Of a stretch of 64,000 nucleotides of DNA, positions 13,421 through 26,792 are shown in pieces. How positions within the stretch are numbered: the first letter of the stretch is position 1; every line of letters starts with the position of its first letter. Source of the stretch: Eledone cirrhosa. Lineage: Eukaryota. The translations under genes were made by a program, and so were the position numbers. The stretch covers positions 48,918,001-48,982,000 of the forward strand of contig OZ024750.1 of NCBI GenBank assembly GCA_964016885.1, read 5' to 3'. The notes under the pieces were generated by a model. That model did not search any database, had not been told where the DNA came from, and worked only from the letters and a program-made list of their open reading frames with translations.

Positions 13421-15080
13421 AGGTATCTTCCAGGGAGATAGTATGTCCACTCTGTTGTCTGTCCTTGCCATGATGCCCCTGACCATTATACTGCGAAAAG
13501 TGAGAGCAGGATACAGGTTGGTATAGGGAGAGCTTACCACCAATCAACTCCACTTCATGGACGATCTTAAGCTCTTCGGGAAGAGTGAGAAGGAGTTGGA
13601 TTTGCTTGTTGACACTGTCTGTATTTTCAGCAATGATATATGTATGCAGTTTGGTATCGGTAAGTGGGGAGTCCTTGTGATGAAGAGGGGTAAATTGAGC
13701 AGAAGCAACGGAATCCAGGTACCAACAGGTGAGATGATAAAGGAAATTGACACTGAAGAAGGATACAAGTGTTTGGGTGTTCTGGAGGCTGATGACATCA
13801 AGAACAAAAAATGAAGGAATTGATAAGATCTGAATACATTCGGAGAGTAAGGAGCGTATTAAAGTCACATCTGAACAGTAGGAATGCCATAAGTGCAGTA
13901 AATTCCCGACTGTGTCTTTTATTAGGTACAGTTTGGGAATTCTGAGATGGAATTTTGCTGAACAAAAAGAAATGGATAGGAAGACTAGGAAGCTATTTAC
14001 TATCTACAACATGTTCCACAAGAGGAGTGATGTCGATAGACTCTACTTAAGGAGATCTGAAGGTGGAAGAGGTCTTATCAGCATAGAGGATTGTGTTCAG
14101 GCGGAGAAAAACAACCTACACAAATACGTGTCTGATAGTAGGGAGCCAAAGCTCAGAATTGTACTGAAAGAGAGGACAATAGACCAGGCGATGTCCAAGG
14201 AGGAAATACCAAGGAGAAAGAGCAACCTTCAGGAAAAATCCCTTCATAGTACCTTCTTTGAGAAAACTGAATTCAGTGATCCACAGACATGGAACTAGTT
14301 GAAAAGAGACCTTAAAGAGGGTACAGAAGGAATGTTAATGGCTGCGCAAGAGCAGGCCCTCAAAACGAGGTGGTTGAAACACCATATTTACAAGGATGAG
14401 TATAGCCCACTGTGCAGGATCTGTGGAGAGAGAGAGGAAACTGTGGCTCACATTGTATCCGAATGTAAACACCTAGCCCAGACACACTATAAATGCAGGA
14501 GACATGATGTGATGGACAGGGTGATCCACTGGTACCTATGCAAAGTAAACAATTTACCACATTCTGAGAAGTGGTATGAGCATAAGCCAGAGTCGGTGAT
14601 AGAAAACGATCAGGTGAAGGTGCTGTGGGATTTTAGGATACAGGCGGACAAGAAACTGGAACACAATAGGCCTGACCTGGTGGTTTTGGACAAGGAAAAT
14701 AGATCGTGCCTGAGTGTGGTGTGGCCTGCCCATTCGATACGAGAGTGCAAGAGAAGGAGAGGGAGAAAATTAACCGATACCAGGACTTAAAGTTGGAGGT
14801 AAAAAAGGATTTAGAACTGCCATGAAGTCAAAGTGATGCCGATTGTCATAGGTGCAGTAGGTACTATCTCAAAACGTTTCCAGCGATGGTTAAAGAAAAT
14901 TGGCTCCGCCAGGCTTTTTGGATCGCTTCAAATCGCATGCTTGCTGGGAACAGCAAGAACCCTCCGATACGTCCGGAATATCTGAGGCTGCAGGTAGTGG
15001 CTTGATATCCATTTCAACAAACTTTCTAGTTAACTAATATCATTGACTGAGACTCAAAGAACAATAATATTAATAATAAT
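13421..15080 (+). mobile_element. 5'-truncated decayed copy of the R4/Dong-like element at 30159
   Basis: Colinear with 31979-33630; starts directly after a TAA-rich tract; contains stops and frameshifts. Confidence 0.9.
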
Positions 15081-15743
15081 TTTGTTGTATTTTGGCTGAG
15101 TCATGGGGGCAATAAATACACACGCACCTATTGTTTCCACTTCAATTTATTATAATTATTATTGTTATTACTTTGATATATCATTCGTTTTTGTTATTTA
15201 ACCACAAAATTTGCCCTACAGAAGATTTAACCGCTACCTGCAATCCCAGATATTGAGGACGTATCGGAGTTTCGTTGATGTTCTTAGTTTTTCACCTTGG
15301 GTTTTCATAAAAAGAGGGTTGGGCTAATGACATTTAACTAGACATGGAGGCCCTTCTCCTTCTCCTTTTCTTGTACTCTTTCAGATAGTACCTAGTGTCA
15401 TTTGACGATGGATACAACATTGGCCTGAGTACAGTCCATTTTAAATCATGTTATCTGTTAATTATCGTCTCCTTCTCCGGCATTCTTGTGTCAAAACGAC
15501 CAGTTCAGACCGATTGTGTTCCAACTGTTTGTCCGTCTTTCTCCTGAAATCCAACAGGGTCTTCAAACGATTGTTTTCTATCACCGAATCTGGCTTATGC
15601 TCATACCAATTCTAAGAAATAATTTGTACAGTTTTCATAAATGGGATTGAATCAGGTTTCCTTTAATATAATGCCTCCATCATTTATAGTGAGTCTGGGC
15701 TAGGTGTTTACACTCGGATACGATAGGAGCCACAGTTTGATCC

Positions 15744-15776
<33 letters not shown>

Positions 15777-18700
15777 TATCTCTCCCTCTCTGTCTGTCTC
15801 TCTCTCTCTCTATCTCTCTCTTTATCTCTCCCTCTCTTTTTCTCTCTCTCCCTCTCTAGCTCTCTCTCTTTATCTCTCTCTCTCTATCTCTATCTATCTC
15901 TCCTGAGGTCCTACAGAGCGGACTAGACCCCCTCTTGTGAATACGGTGTTTCATCCAATTTCTTCTAAGGGAGGAGTGAAGATCAAGATAGTTTGTCCCC
16001 TTTATTGTTTGTCCTTCACCTCATACACTTGTCCCTCGTATGGCGAACAGTGAATGCAGGATACAAACTGGGAAGTGGAGAGATAACAGTGAAACACCAC
16101 CGCTTCAAGGGCGAACTAAAAGTTGCAAGAGCCAGAAAGAGGAGGATGTACTTTTTAACACTGTCCGTATTTTCAGGAATAATATATGCGTAGAATTTGG
16201 TGTTAATAAGTGTAGAGTCCTAGTTATCAAGAAGGGTATGTTGAACGGAACGGAAGCAACTTAATCCAGGTACCAACGGGTGAGAAAATAAAGAAAAAAG
16301 TGTCACTGAAGAGGGATATAGGTATTTGGGTGTTCTGGATGCGGATAACATCAAGATCAATAAAACTAAGGAATTGATAAGATCTGAATACATAAGGAGT
16401 GTAAGAAACATACCTGCTAATTGATATGTCCATTCCAATAGACAAGAATGTACCTATAAAAACATTTGAAAAATTGAGCAAGTATAAGGACATGGAGATA
16501 GAAATTGAAAAAATGTGGAAATTGAGAACTAAAACAATACCAGTGGTTGTGGGCGCTCTGGGAATGATACCTAAGGGGTCTAATGATTACTTATCGCAAA
16601 TCCCAGGAAACCCGCGTATAGGAGAAATACAAAAGATAGTACTAATGGGAACTGCCCATATACTAAGGAAGATTCTGTCAATATAAGTACATCACAAGTC
16701 TAAACACTAAAGATGCATGTGTGAGTATGTATGTTCTTTCTTGAACATGGCGGACCTTGTTGTTTCATGAGGTCACTGGTTGTGACTTGGTGATAACTCG
16801 TATGAACATAAAGCAAGATAAATGCAACTGTAATAATAATAATAATAATAATAATAATGTTCAACCATGTTCAATGAATGCGTATTAAAGTCACATCTGA
16901 ACAGTAGGAATTTCATAAGTGCAGTAAATTCCCGAGCTGTGTCTATTATTAGGTACAGTGCGGGAATTCTGAGATGGAATGTTGCTGAACAAAAAGAAAT
17001 GGATAGGAAGACTAGGAAGCTATTGACTATCTACAACATTTTCCACAAGAGGAGTGATGTCGATAGACTCTACTTAAGGAGATCTGAAGGTGGAAGGGGT
17101 CTTATCAGCATAGTGGACTCTGTTCAGATGGAGAAAAACAACCTACACAAATACGTGACTGATAGTAAGGAGTCAATGCTCAGAACTATACTGAAGAAGA
17201 GGACAATAGACCCGGGGATGTCCAAGGAGGAAATAACATCAAGGAGAAAGACCTGCTTTCAGGAAAAATCCCTTCATAGTACCTTCTTTGAGAAAACTGA
17301 ATTCAGAGATCCACAGACATGGAACTAGTTGAAAAGAGACCTTCAAAAGGTTACAGAAGGAATGCTAATGGCTGCGCAAGAGCAGGCCCTCAAAACGAGG
17401 TGGTTGAAACACCATATTTACAAGGAGGAGTATAGGCCACTGTGCAGGATCTGTGGAGAGAGAGAGGAAACTGTGGCTCACATTGTATCCGAATGTAAAC
17501 ACCTAGCCCAGACTCACTATAAATGCAGGAGACATGATGTGATGGGCAGGGTGATCCACTGGCACCTATGCAAAGTAAACAATCTACCACATTCTGAGAA
17601 GTGGTATGAGCATAAGCCAGAGTCCGTGATAGAAAACGATCAGGTGAAGGTGCTGTGGGAATTTAGGATACAGACGGCCAAGAAACTGGAACACAATAGA
17701 CCTGACCTGGTGGTTTTGGACAAGGAAATTTGATAGTGCCTGATTGTGATGTGGCCTGCCCATTCGATACGAGAGTGCAAGAGAAGGAGAGGGAGAAAAT
17801 TAACCGATACCAGGACTTAAAGTTGGAGGTAAAAAAGGATTTGGAACTGCCATGAAGTCAAAGTGATCCCGATTGTCATAGGTGCAAAACGTTTCCAGCG
17901 ATGGTTAAAGAACATTGGCTCCGCCTGGCTTTTTGGATCGCTTCAAATCGCATGCTTGCTGGTAACAGCAAGAACCCTCCGATACGTCCGGAATATCTGA
18001 GGCTGCAGGTAGTGGCTTGATATTCATTTCAACAAACTTTCCAGTTAACTAACATCAATGACTGAGACTCAAAGAACAATAATATTAATAATAATTTGGT
18101 TGTATATTGTCTGAGTCATGGGGGCAATAAATACACACGCACCTATTGTTTCCACTTCAATTTATTATAATTATTATTGTTATTACTTTGATATATCATT
18201 CGTTTTTGTTATTTAACCACAAAATTTGCCCTACAGAAGATTTAACCGCTACCTGCAATCCCAGATATTGAGGACGTGTCGGAGTTTCGTTGATGTTCTT
18301 AGTTTTTCACCTTGGGTTTTCATAAAAAGAGGGTTAGGCTAATGAAATTTAACTAGACTTGGAGGACCTTCTCCTTCTCCTTTTCTTGTACTCTTTCAGA
18401 TAGTACCTAGTGTCATTTGACGATGGATACAACATTGACCTCAGTACTGTCCATTTTAAATCCTGTTACCTGTTAATTATCGTCTCCTTTTCCGGCATTC
18501 TTGTGTCAAAACGACCAGTTCAGACCGATTGTGTTCCAACTGTTTGTCCGTCTTTCTTCTGAAATCCAACAGGGTCTTCAAACGATTGTTTTCTATCACC
18601 GAATCTGGCTTATGCTCATACCAATTCTAAGAAATAATTTGTTCAGTTGTCATAAATGCGATTGAATCAGGTTTCCTTTAATATAATGCCTCCATCATTT

Positions 18701-19331
18701 ATAGTGAGTCTGGGCTAGGTGTTTACACTCGGATAGGATAGGAGCCACAGTTTGCTCTCTCTCTCTCACCCTCTCTCTCTCTCTCTCTCTCTCCCTCTCT
18801 CTCTCCCTCTCTCCCTCTCTAGCTCTCTCTCTTTATCTCTCTCTCTCTCGCTCTCCCTCTCTCTATCTCTATCTATCTCTCCTGAGGTCCCACAGAGCGG
18901 ACTAGACCCCCTCTTGTGAATACGGTGTTTCATCCAATTTCTTCTAAGGGAGGAGTGAAGATCAAGATAGTTTGTCCCCTTTATTGTTTGTCCTTCACCT
19001 CATACACTTGTCCCTCGTATGGCGAAGAGTGAAGGCAGGATACAAACTGGGAAGTGGAGAGATAACAGTGAAACACCTCCGCTTCAAGGGCGAACTAAAA
19101 GTTGCAAGAGCGAGAAAGAACAGCAAGAACAGTGTAGAGTCCTAGTTATCAAGAAAGGTAAGTTGAACGGAAGCAACTTAATCCAGGTACCAACGGGTGA
19201 GAAAATAAAGAAAAAAAATGTCACTGAAGAGGGATATAGGTATTTGGGTGTTCTGGATGCGGATAACATCAAGATCAATAAAACTAAGGAATTGATAAGA
19301 TCTGAATACATAAGGAGTGTAAGGAACATAC
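13854..19331 (+). repeat. Local ~2.5-kb duplication (13854-16413 repeated at 16880-19331)
   Basis: Same order in both copies: LINE 3' part, short dispersed repeat, antisense LINE relic, (CT)n, sense relic. Confidence 0.9.
16413..16858 (+). mobile_element. 3' fragment of a second R4/Dong-like family with (TAA)n tail
   Basis: Nearly identical to 22581-22990; IPVVVGALG...IQKIVLMGTAHILRKILSI. Confidence 0.85.
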
Positions 19332-19524
19332 TAAGATCACATCTGAATAGTAAACACACTATAAGTGCAGAAAATATCCGAGCTGTGTCTATTAATAAGT
19401 ACAGTGTGGGAATTCTCAAATGAAATGTTACTGAACAAAATGAAAGGGATAGAAAAACTAGGAAGCTAATGACTACCTGCAACATGTTCCACAAGAATAG
19501 TGATGTTGATAGACTCTACTTAAA

Positions 19525-21928
19525 CAACAATGAAATAATATAGAAATAAAATATATAAGAATATAACAAAATAATTTCCCTAATCTGAAACACCCTGGGG
19601 AGACTCAGGTACCACACCAATGCTGAAATAGCCGACGCTTGCTTAGAGTGAGCCCATTGACGCGGGCCATTCTTGCTACAATCACACTTTTAGCAAAGGT
19701 ACTGGGAGACAGCATTTCTCTCTCCACCCTCAGCTTCAATTAGAAGCGAAACTTGTAAAAGTTAAATGAAGTTTGGCCGAAGAGAAAGGTGTCTGTGTTA
19801 ACTCCTTTCAATCTGGTCTACCACACGACCTCTTTCGCTATCGCCACCGGTTTTAAGAAAACGGCCTGCACTTCCCAGACAAAGGTAGGTAGTGGGGCGA
19901 TCTTCGCTATGGATTTGGTCGATAGCCAGATCCATCCCACACAAGACAACTTCTGCTCGACATTACACCACTCAATGATTCGCAGACTTTGGACGAGTGC
20001 GTGCAGAACACTTTCATCGTTCTCGTTACATCTTCGTCAGGTCTGTCCCACAGCACGTACGTGCCTATAGAGTTTATGTCGAAGCGGTAGTGTCCCCAGG
20101 TAGCACTGCCAAGCGAGGGATTTCTGGAAGTTATACATAGTCCTCGGCTTGAAAGTCTTCCGGAAAAGACTGTACAGATCGTTTTCATCCACGCCCCGAG
20201 CCTCCCCGAGTGTGTCGTCGCACTTGGTAGCTACTAACCCTCTGTAGAAGTCGGGATTGGAGGTTCCGCTGACGGCATTTACCGCCTGGTAGCGGGCGGT
20301 GTGCACCTCACAACATTTCATATGAAAGGCTCCCAGTCTTCGTCTCTTCTTGACTAAGGACTGCAGCTCAGTCTAAGAGACGAGCTGTAGAAAAACTTGT
20401 TACAAAAACTGTGATCACACATGTTAACACTATATGCAATGTATAGTTTGACCAGCTCAACTACGGTGATGTCTTCCACATGCTCCGACACCACCTTATA
20501 TATCCTGATTCGTGTGGGATTCCCTTTAGCAACTCTAGCTTCGGCAGTAAAGGCTCGAGAGTCAAACCGTACCGAAGAGAGGAGAGATGACACCCTTGAT
20601 AGTCCGATGGGGATATGTGAAACAGTTCCGAAATATAGCCTTTGATGTTGCCCAGCGAGTGAAAGCAGCTATGCATTGCAGCGATCCAGTCCTGGGACCG
20701 AAGCGTGCTGCCTTGAGTACAGCCTACATGTATGGATGGTCGGTCCTTCTAAAGCTTTCGATTGATCGGAGCCCACCGAAGCTAGGTTTACTCCCTACTC
20801 TCTTTATGATGTATCAAATGTTGTGTATGGACCTGGTCGGGATTGCGAACATGTGCGCCTCTTCAGCCAAATACTCGACTACAAGCTCCAACATATTTGC
20901 TAAACATTTGGACAAAATCTTAAACTCTGTGTTTAGCAAAGTTACTGGTCTGAAATTGTCTAAAGTCTCCAACTTCATCTCTTCATTTCTCCTCACCGTC
21001 ACTACACCCCGGGTCACAGAATTGGGAATATTCCTGTTGAGTTGCCAGTTGCTGTAGATTACTTGGGGGAGATCGGAAAACAAGTCTGGCATGTCCATGT
21101 AAAGCTGATACGGCAACCGTCGTAAACGGAAGACCTTCACCTAGGTAGCCGATTTAGGGTATCCCGAATCTCAGCTGATGATATCGGCATTACGATGCAT
21201 CCATCTTCGGTTGGTAAGAGACGCAGAAGACCGACGATTTAGGGACTGAAATCTGCCAACGTCTCCTACCAACCGCTCCCCACAAACAGCTAACCAAATT
21301 GCTGGCCAAAGGCCATTCATATCTGCCTGGAATCGTTCAGTGCTTTCGTCTCGGTTCGTCAAATACCGAATTGCGGGTTTGTTACCAAGTTGCACCTCCT
21401 TCACGTAGGCCTAGCCATCTTCTTTGGGCCCCTCGTTTCTTAGAGCACGCACCTTAGATCTTATATTTCAACCTTCTTTTTCTCCATTGAATAAATAGTA
21501 TAATGCCATTGCCACCGCTAGCACGTCAATTGCAATGTCAATACAATTAGCTTATTTGGCTACCAGTTCTCTCTCCTTTCCATTTCTCTCTAACGGAATT
21601 TCTTTGCTAAAACCTATCGACATAACCTCTAATCTCTATCTTGAGAGTCACCCACTACTTTGTTTTATCATCCAACTGTCAACATTTGTTTAACTAAATT
21701 TTGGAACTCGGTTCCTGTAATCATTACATATTAGGAACGACATTTTCAACTTCCAGTCACCTGGTCATAAACTGTGGCTCTTATAAAGGTCGACCATACA
21801 TATCACAAACATGTGATCTGACTAGGCGACTGTTTGAAAATGTAGACACCATATACTTTCCTTATTTACTAGCGCATTAAAGAACCTATCTATATAATAT
21901 CTAGATGATCTTATGCGATTGGTCCAGG
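19525..21928 (-). mobile_element. Degenerate Tx1-like LINE relic (RT to 3' UTR, part of EN)
   Basis: LDNFRPVTLLNTEFKIL and NFQKSLAWQCY match ORF2 at 23363-25600. Confidence 0.85.
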
Positions 21929-22985
21929 TCAACACGAAAGCATCAACAGATCATACTCCATTACAAAAGATGCACAAAGATACAGTAATGGATTACACAT
22001 TTCAGAAGTCCCATTTACTGCTGAAATGGAAAACACAGAAAAAGCAAAACAGGTAAAAGTAACTGCAAAGAAAGAACTGGCTAAGAAATGGCAAGAAAAG
22101 CCTCTGTTTGGAAAATACCCAGAAAGAGCTAACAATCCTGATGTTGACAAAACTTTAACCCATCAGTGGTTGGCATCTTCTGGACTGAAATCGGAGACTG
22201 AAGGACTGATTATATCAGCACAAGATCAGTATCTGCCCACAAAAAAGTACCAAGCCAACGTAATAAAAAAATGGATGCATCCCATTATGCCGTGTATGTA
22301 AAAACAACCATAGACCATTGATCATATAATTTCAATGTGCAGTCCGATAGCTCCAACCGAAAACCTAAACAGGCATGACAGAGCTTCACAATACATACAT
22401 TGGTTAATGTGTAAGCATTTTGACCTGCCATATCATAAGAATTGGTGGGAGCATCAAACACCACCCATACTTGATAAAGATTACATCTCAATCTTGGGGA
22501 ACAGTAGTATCCAAACAGACCGAAAAATAGATGCAAATAGACCTTATATAATAAATGAAGGACTTAAAAAAGATGGTATGCCTGCTAATTGATAGGTTCG
22601 TTCCAATAGACAAGAATGTATCTATAAAAACATTTGAAGTATAAGGACCTGGAGATAGAAATTGGAAAAATGTCGAAATTGAGAACTAAAACAATACCAG
22701 TGGTTGTAGGCGCTCTGGGAATGATACCTAAGGGGTCTAATGATTACTTATCCCAAATCCCAGGAAACCCGCGTATAGGAGAAATACAAAAGATAGTACT
22801 AATGGGAACTGCCCATATACTAAGGAAGATTCTGTCAATATAAGTACATCACAAGTCTAAACATCTAAAGATGCATGTGTGGTATCTATGTTCTTTCTTG
22901 AACATGGCGGACCTTGTTGACTCTTGAGGTCACTGGTTGTGACTTGGTGATAACTCGTGTGAACATAAAGCAAGATAAAGCAGCT

Positions 22986-23034
<49 letters not shown>

Positions 23035-23035
23035 C

Positions 23036-23070
<35 letters not shown>
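21929..23070 (+). mobile_element. 3' part of the second R4/Dong-like family (pseudogenic) with (TAA)n tail
   Basis: LKSETEGLIISAQDQ, RHD and NRP motifs; tail at 22988-23070. Confidence 0.85.
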
Positions 23071-23071
<1 letters not shown>

Positions 23072-23362
23072 GATTTCATTTATTAGCCACAAGGGCCGAC
23101 ATGTAGGGGACAATACAAAGACAGGGACAGTGGGGTTTACAATGAGCTCGAGTAAAAGTGCACAATGGCAAGACTAATTTAACAATGAAAATATAAAAGT
23201 ATAAAATAAACTATGCAAAATATAATATAACAAAATATAATAAAATAAATTCCCCGATAGGGGGTGGACGACCCTGGGGTGATTCGGGTACCCCACCAAT
23301 CCTGAACCACCCTGCGCTTCTAGGGCACCCAGGAGAGCACCCCTCTCCTCAAGTTAGCTAGC

Positions 23363-26300
23363 CTATAGGCGCATGGTCAGCGTAGGCCCATTCACACGAG
23401 CCATTCTCGCCACATTCAAACACCTTTTAGCAAATGTACTGGGGGGCAGCACTTCTCTCTCCACCCTCACCCTCCTTTCCAGGTGAAACTTGAAGAAGTT
23501 GATGAGGGATTGGCCGAAGAGAAAAGTGTCTGTCTTTAGTCCTTTCAACCTGGTCCACCATATAATCTCTTTCGCAACTGCCACCAGACAGAGGAACATG
23601 TCCTGCTCTTCCTGACCTAAGGAAGGCGGCGGCTCGATCTTCACTATGTACTCGGCCGATAACCGGATTCGTTCCACACGCGACAGTAGCTGTTCGACAT
23701 AACTCCACAAGTCAGTAATGCATGGACATTGGACAAGTGCGTGCAGAACGGTTTCGTCGTTCTGTGCGCATCTTGGGCAGGTCCGTCTGACAGCACTTCC
23801 GTGCCTGTAGAGTTTATCCCGAACCGGCAGTGCCCCCCGGTAGCACTGCCAAGCGAGGGATTTCTGGAAATTGTCCATCGTCCCCGGCTCAAAAGTCCTC
23901 CGGTACAGACTGGTCAGTTCGACTTCGTCGAGGCCCAAAGCTTCCCCGAGTGCGTCATCGCACTTGCTCACCACTAATCCTCTATAGAACTCGAGAGTGG
24001 AAGTTCCACTGATCGCATTGCCCGCTTGATAGAGGGCAGTGAGTGCCTGGCAACATTCCAGGTGCCAGTCACCCAGTCTCGGTCTCTTCTTGACCCAGGA
24101 CTGCAGCTCAGTCAAAGAAATGAGCTGCGGAAAGGCCCGTCTGATAAACGGCGACCATACCTGTTCACCATTGAGACAGAATATCTGGAGATGTCGCAGC
24201 CTCAACGCATGTCTGCGCATCATTAGCCACGGCATGCCCAGCCCTCCGCGTAGAGGGTGCTGGCAGCAGATGGACCACCTCACCAACGGAACTTGTCCCC
24301 TCCACAAGAATTTGAAGAGGAGCCGTTCCAACTTGACGAGGCGCGGACGGGGGCAAGGCACGACGGTTAGGCGGTAATAGATGACGGACGCGATGTACGC
24401 ATTCGCCACCTCCGCGCGACCTTTCAGTGATAGCTTGCTCCCAGCCCATTTTTGGGTGAGACTGGCTACTCTGCTCGTTACCTCGTCCCAATTCTTTTCC
24501 ACCTGGAGGTCTGGTCCGAACCAAACCCCGAACAACTTTACTGGTACCTCCGTCCAGCGCCCCACGACGCTGTTGGACGGCATGGGCTTGCCTCTCCAGG
24601 TTCCGAGCTGCAAGCCCACCGACTTTTCCGGGTTAAGTTTAGCTTCTGTAAACCTTTCATATTCCTTCAATAAGGTGCCGACCACCACGATTTCTGAGGT
24701 GTTCGACACCATCACGGTGATGTCGTCCGCATAAGTCGACACCGCCTTTCCACGTCCCGGTTCGAGCGGGATGCCCTGCAACAGCTCCAGCTTCCGCAGT
24801 AAAGGCTCGAGAGTCAATACGTACAGAAGGGAAGAGAGAGGACACCCTTGACGGACCGATCGGGAGAGCCGAAATGGTTCCGAGAGGTGGCCATTAACCT
24901 TGACCACCGAGCGTGTGCCGCTGTGCATTGCAACGATCCAGCTTCTAAAGACAGGGCCGAAGCCAGCTGCTTTGAGGACAAACTCCAGATACCGATGGTC
25001 GACCCAATCGAATGCTTTCGATTGATCTAAATTGATCAGTGCCCCACCGAAGCCAGGTTTACACCCTACCCTCTCTATGATGTATCGCATGAGGTGGAGA
25101 TTGTCGTGTATGGACCTGGCTGGGATTGCGCAAGTTTGCGCCTCCCCAACCAAATCCTCGACGACAAGCGCCAATATCTTTGCTAACACCTTGGCCAAAA
25201 TCTTAAACTCTGTGTTGAGCAGAGTTATGAGCCTGAAGTTGTCTAATGTATCCCTCTTGTTCTCGTCTTTCCTTATCAGCGTCACCACTCCCCTGCTCAC
25301 AGAACTGGGAATACTCCCATTCTGCTGCCAGTTACAGTAGAGAGCTTCAAGGAGTTCGGAGAACAAGTCTGGCATATTTACGTAAAGCTCGTAGGGCAGG
25401 CCATCCAAACCGGGTGACTTGCGCCTCATGAAGCCGACAAGGGCGTTCTGAATTTCGGCTGAAGTAATCGGCCTTTCGCAGCGCTCAGCGTCGACCGTCG
25501 AGATGCGCGGCAAGCCGTCAAGGTAGGGACTGGAATCCGCTACTCTCTCTGACTCGCCACTCTCCCCGAACACGAGCAAAGTGCTGGCGAAAGGCCTCAC
25601 ACATCCGCTTGGAATCGCTTATCTCGTGTCCGTCTCGGTCCACCAAAGACCGAATTGTGGTTTCATTACCACGCTGCGCCTCCGCCACGTGGGCCCATCG
25701 AACAGCTTTAGTTCCCTCGTTTCTCAGCGCACGCGCCTTAGCTCTGACAATGCAACCTTCGTGTTTGGCATTGAAGAAATGGTCTAATGCCATTCTCGCC
25801 ACTAGCACGTCAGTTGCGATGCCACTACAAATAGCCTCGTCTAACTTATCTACCAGCTCCCCCTCCTTTCTATTTTTCTCTAACGCTAGTTCTTTGCTGA
25901 ACTCTATCGAAGTTACTCTAATCTCTCTTTTGAGAGCCCCCCACCATCTGTTGTTGATGATCCCTCCTGTCAACTTTTGCTTAACTAACTTATTGACTCG
26001 GTCCCTGTAAGCCTTACGTGCCGGAAATGACATGTTCAGCTTCCAGTAACCCGGTCCTAACCTACGCGTTTTATTTAGGTCGACCGTACAGATCACAAAT
26101 TTGTGATCTGAATAGGCGACCGTTTTAAAAAGTGGACAGCCCACACTATTTCTATCTATTTTCCTAATGAAGATTCTGTCTATATACGATCTAGATGACC
26201 CCATTCGGTTGGTCCATGTCCATACTGGCACATTGGGGAAATCTAGTCGATACCTGTCAGACAGTTGGAACTGGCTGAGTAGGTGCTTGAGGCTTTTGCA

Positions 26301-26783
26301 CCCCCCCGCTCCTATCGCTACTCCCACACAATCCCAGCGTGCGTCTAAGATGCCATTCCAGTCCCCCGCTAACAGTAAAGGGCGAGACGTACTCAGAAAG
26401 GTCTCCAGGCGCCTAAAGAAGTCAGGTCGTCCGGCCCCTGTAGGGGCGTAGACGGCCAGCAGTCTATAGGCACTACCTTCGCTACTGCTCACATCCAAGA
26501 CCACCAACTTACCGTCCGGGTCCCGGAAGATCGACCTTACCTCGAGATCCAGTCCTTTCCTAAACAGCACTGCCACTCCACCCCCCATTCCCGGCCTGCT
26601 AACAGATGCGAAGATCTGATAGTCGTCGAAAATGGGGGCTAGTGCACGCGTGTCGGAAATTCTGGTCTCGCTTACGGCAATCACATCCATTTCCAGCGAC
26701 CGGAGGTCGTTCAGCAGGAGACCTTGCTTCCAGGGTGACCCCAGGCCGCGAACATTTAAACTTCCTACTCTTAATATGGCCAT
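23363..26783 (-). pseudogene. Tx1-like ORF2 (APE endonuclease, RT, C-terminal Zn motif) with one frameshift near 25575
   Basis: SLNVRGL, SET, GDWN, SDH; QGCPLS, YADD; CPRC..ETVLHALVQC. The relic near 34890 indicates a 2-nt deletion at the shift. Confidence 0.9.
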
Positions 26784-26792
26784 GTTGGTAAG

